Positions 63,271 through 64,000 of a DNA stretch of 64,000 nucleotides are shown piece after piece. Numbering within the stretch: the stretch's first letter is position 1; every line of letters starts with the position of its first letter. The position numbers were made by a program, and so were the translations under genes. This stretch comes from Tricharina praecox (Eukaryota): assembly GCF_024521635.1 (NCBI RefSeq), contig NW_026250437.1:186001-250000 (forward strand), written 5' to 3'. The notes beneath the pieces were generated by a model that saw only the letters and a list, made by a program, of their open reading frames with translations, searched no databases and was not told the origin of the DNA.

Positions 63271-64000
63271 GCGCATGTGCTTTGCTTCGCTGAAGCCTGA
63301 AGCCTGAAGATGCATCGCACACCGCACACCGCACACCGCGCACAGAGCAGTGAGCGCGCGAGAGCTCGAGCTCGAGCTCGAGAGAGGAGCAGGAGGAGGA
63401 GGAAGGAAGGCAAGGAACCGACCAGTCCAACCGGCACCTCACCAGCAACCAACCAGCAACTCCCGTGCGCTCTCCACCGTGCACACTGCAAAAGCTTGAG
63501 AGAGGGTGCACACTTCTTACACACATTCCGCACCACACCGGATCGCCTCACCTCGCATCGCATCGCATCGTATCGCCGCCCAATTTCCTGGTCCTCGCCA
63601 TGGCATGGCATGGGCTGCTCTGCTGCTCTGCGGCGCTGCGAATGCGAAGCATGAAGCCAACATGATAGCACAACCACTGACCACCGACCACGGACCCACC
63701 TGTAGCGCTTCGGAAGAATTTGCGATTCCCCCCCTCAGTAACCATGTGGCCATGTGGCAGTGTCAATCGGCCACACCGCGACGATAACCGGATTACACCC
63801 GCACCGCAGTGTTCAGCCCTGACCTGCTTTGCGCGCGACGAGGCCAGCAAGCAGGCCAGCAAGCAGGAAAAAAAACAAACGGACTGGAGCAGTGGAGTAG
63901 TTACCTTGTGGAGCCTTCGCGGTGCCGTCGCTTGGAGCCACCCAGAACCGGAGTTTGCAAGTACCATACATGCAATACTCAGATCCTGCCCCATGTCTTC

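Noticed and set aside
1..64000. tRNA, 5S or complete rRNA genes, and the many antisense or overlapping ORFs in the track
   Set aside because: The GGTTCGA hits I checked lack cloverleaf context. The overlapping ORFs are shadows of GC-rich real genes or of microsatellites.

Overview
Intron-containing fungal genomic DNA. It is a filamentous ascomycete, and the gene content and style suggest Pezizomycetes (inference only). The window has four zones. (1) 1-13.6 kb: a compact six-gene cluster with no PKS, NRPS or terpene backbone gene in the window. It encodes a C2H2/fungal-specific transcription factor, a metallo-beta-lactamase-fold hydrolase, a 3-hydroxyisobutyrate-dehydrogenase-like enzyme, an FAD monooxygenase, a cytochrome P450 and an MFS transporter. 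Its three promoter regions each carry six GTGGGG/CCCCAC boxes, the site predicted from the factor's own zinc fingers. (2) 13.6-24 kb: gene-poor, with hAT-like MITE relics, a vWA protein with a Q/N/Y/P hexapeptide-repeat N-terminus, and a degenerate element carrying a 28S rRNA fragment. (3) 24-44.5 kb: housekeeping genes, namely Ssp120-like, TYW2/TRM12, dysbindin-like, a TBC RabGAP, the nrc-2/Fpk1 kinase, RPC11 and a Gfo/Idh/MocA oxidoreductase. (4) 47-57 kb: a tandem birth-and-death array of HeLo-like(N-terminal)-linker-ankyrin genes with no NACHT/NB-ARC domain, made of one fragment, one pseudogene, one slightly truncated copy and one intact copy. About 6.7 kb of microsatellite-rich non-coding DNA follows. 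All gene models, motif counts and family calls were made by eye; no database searches were run.
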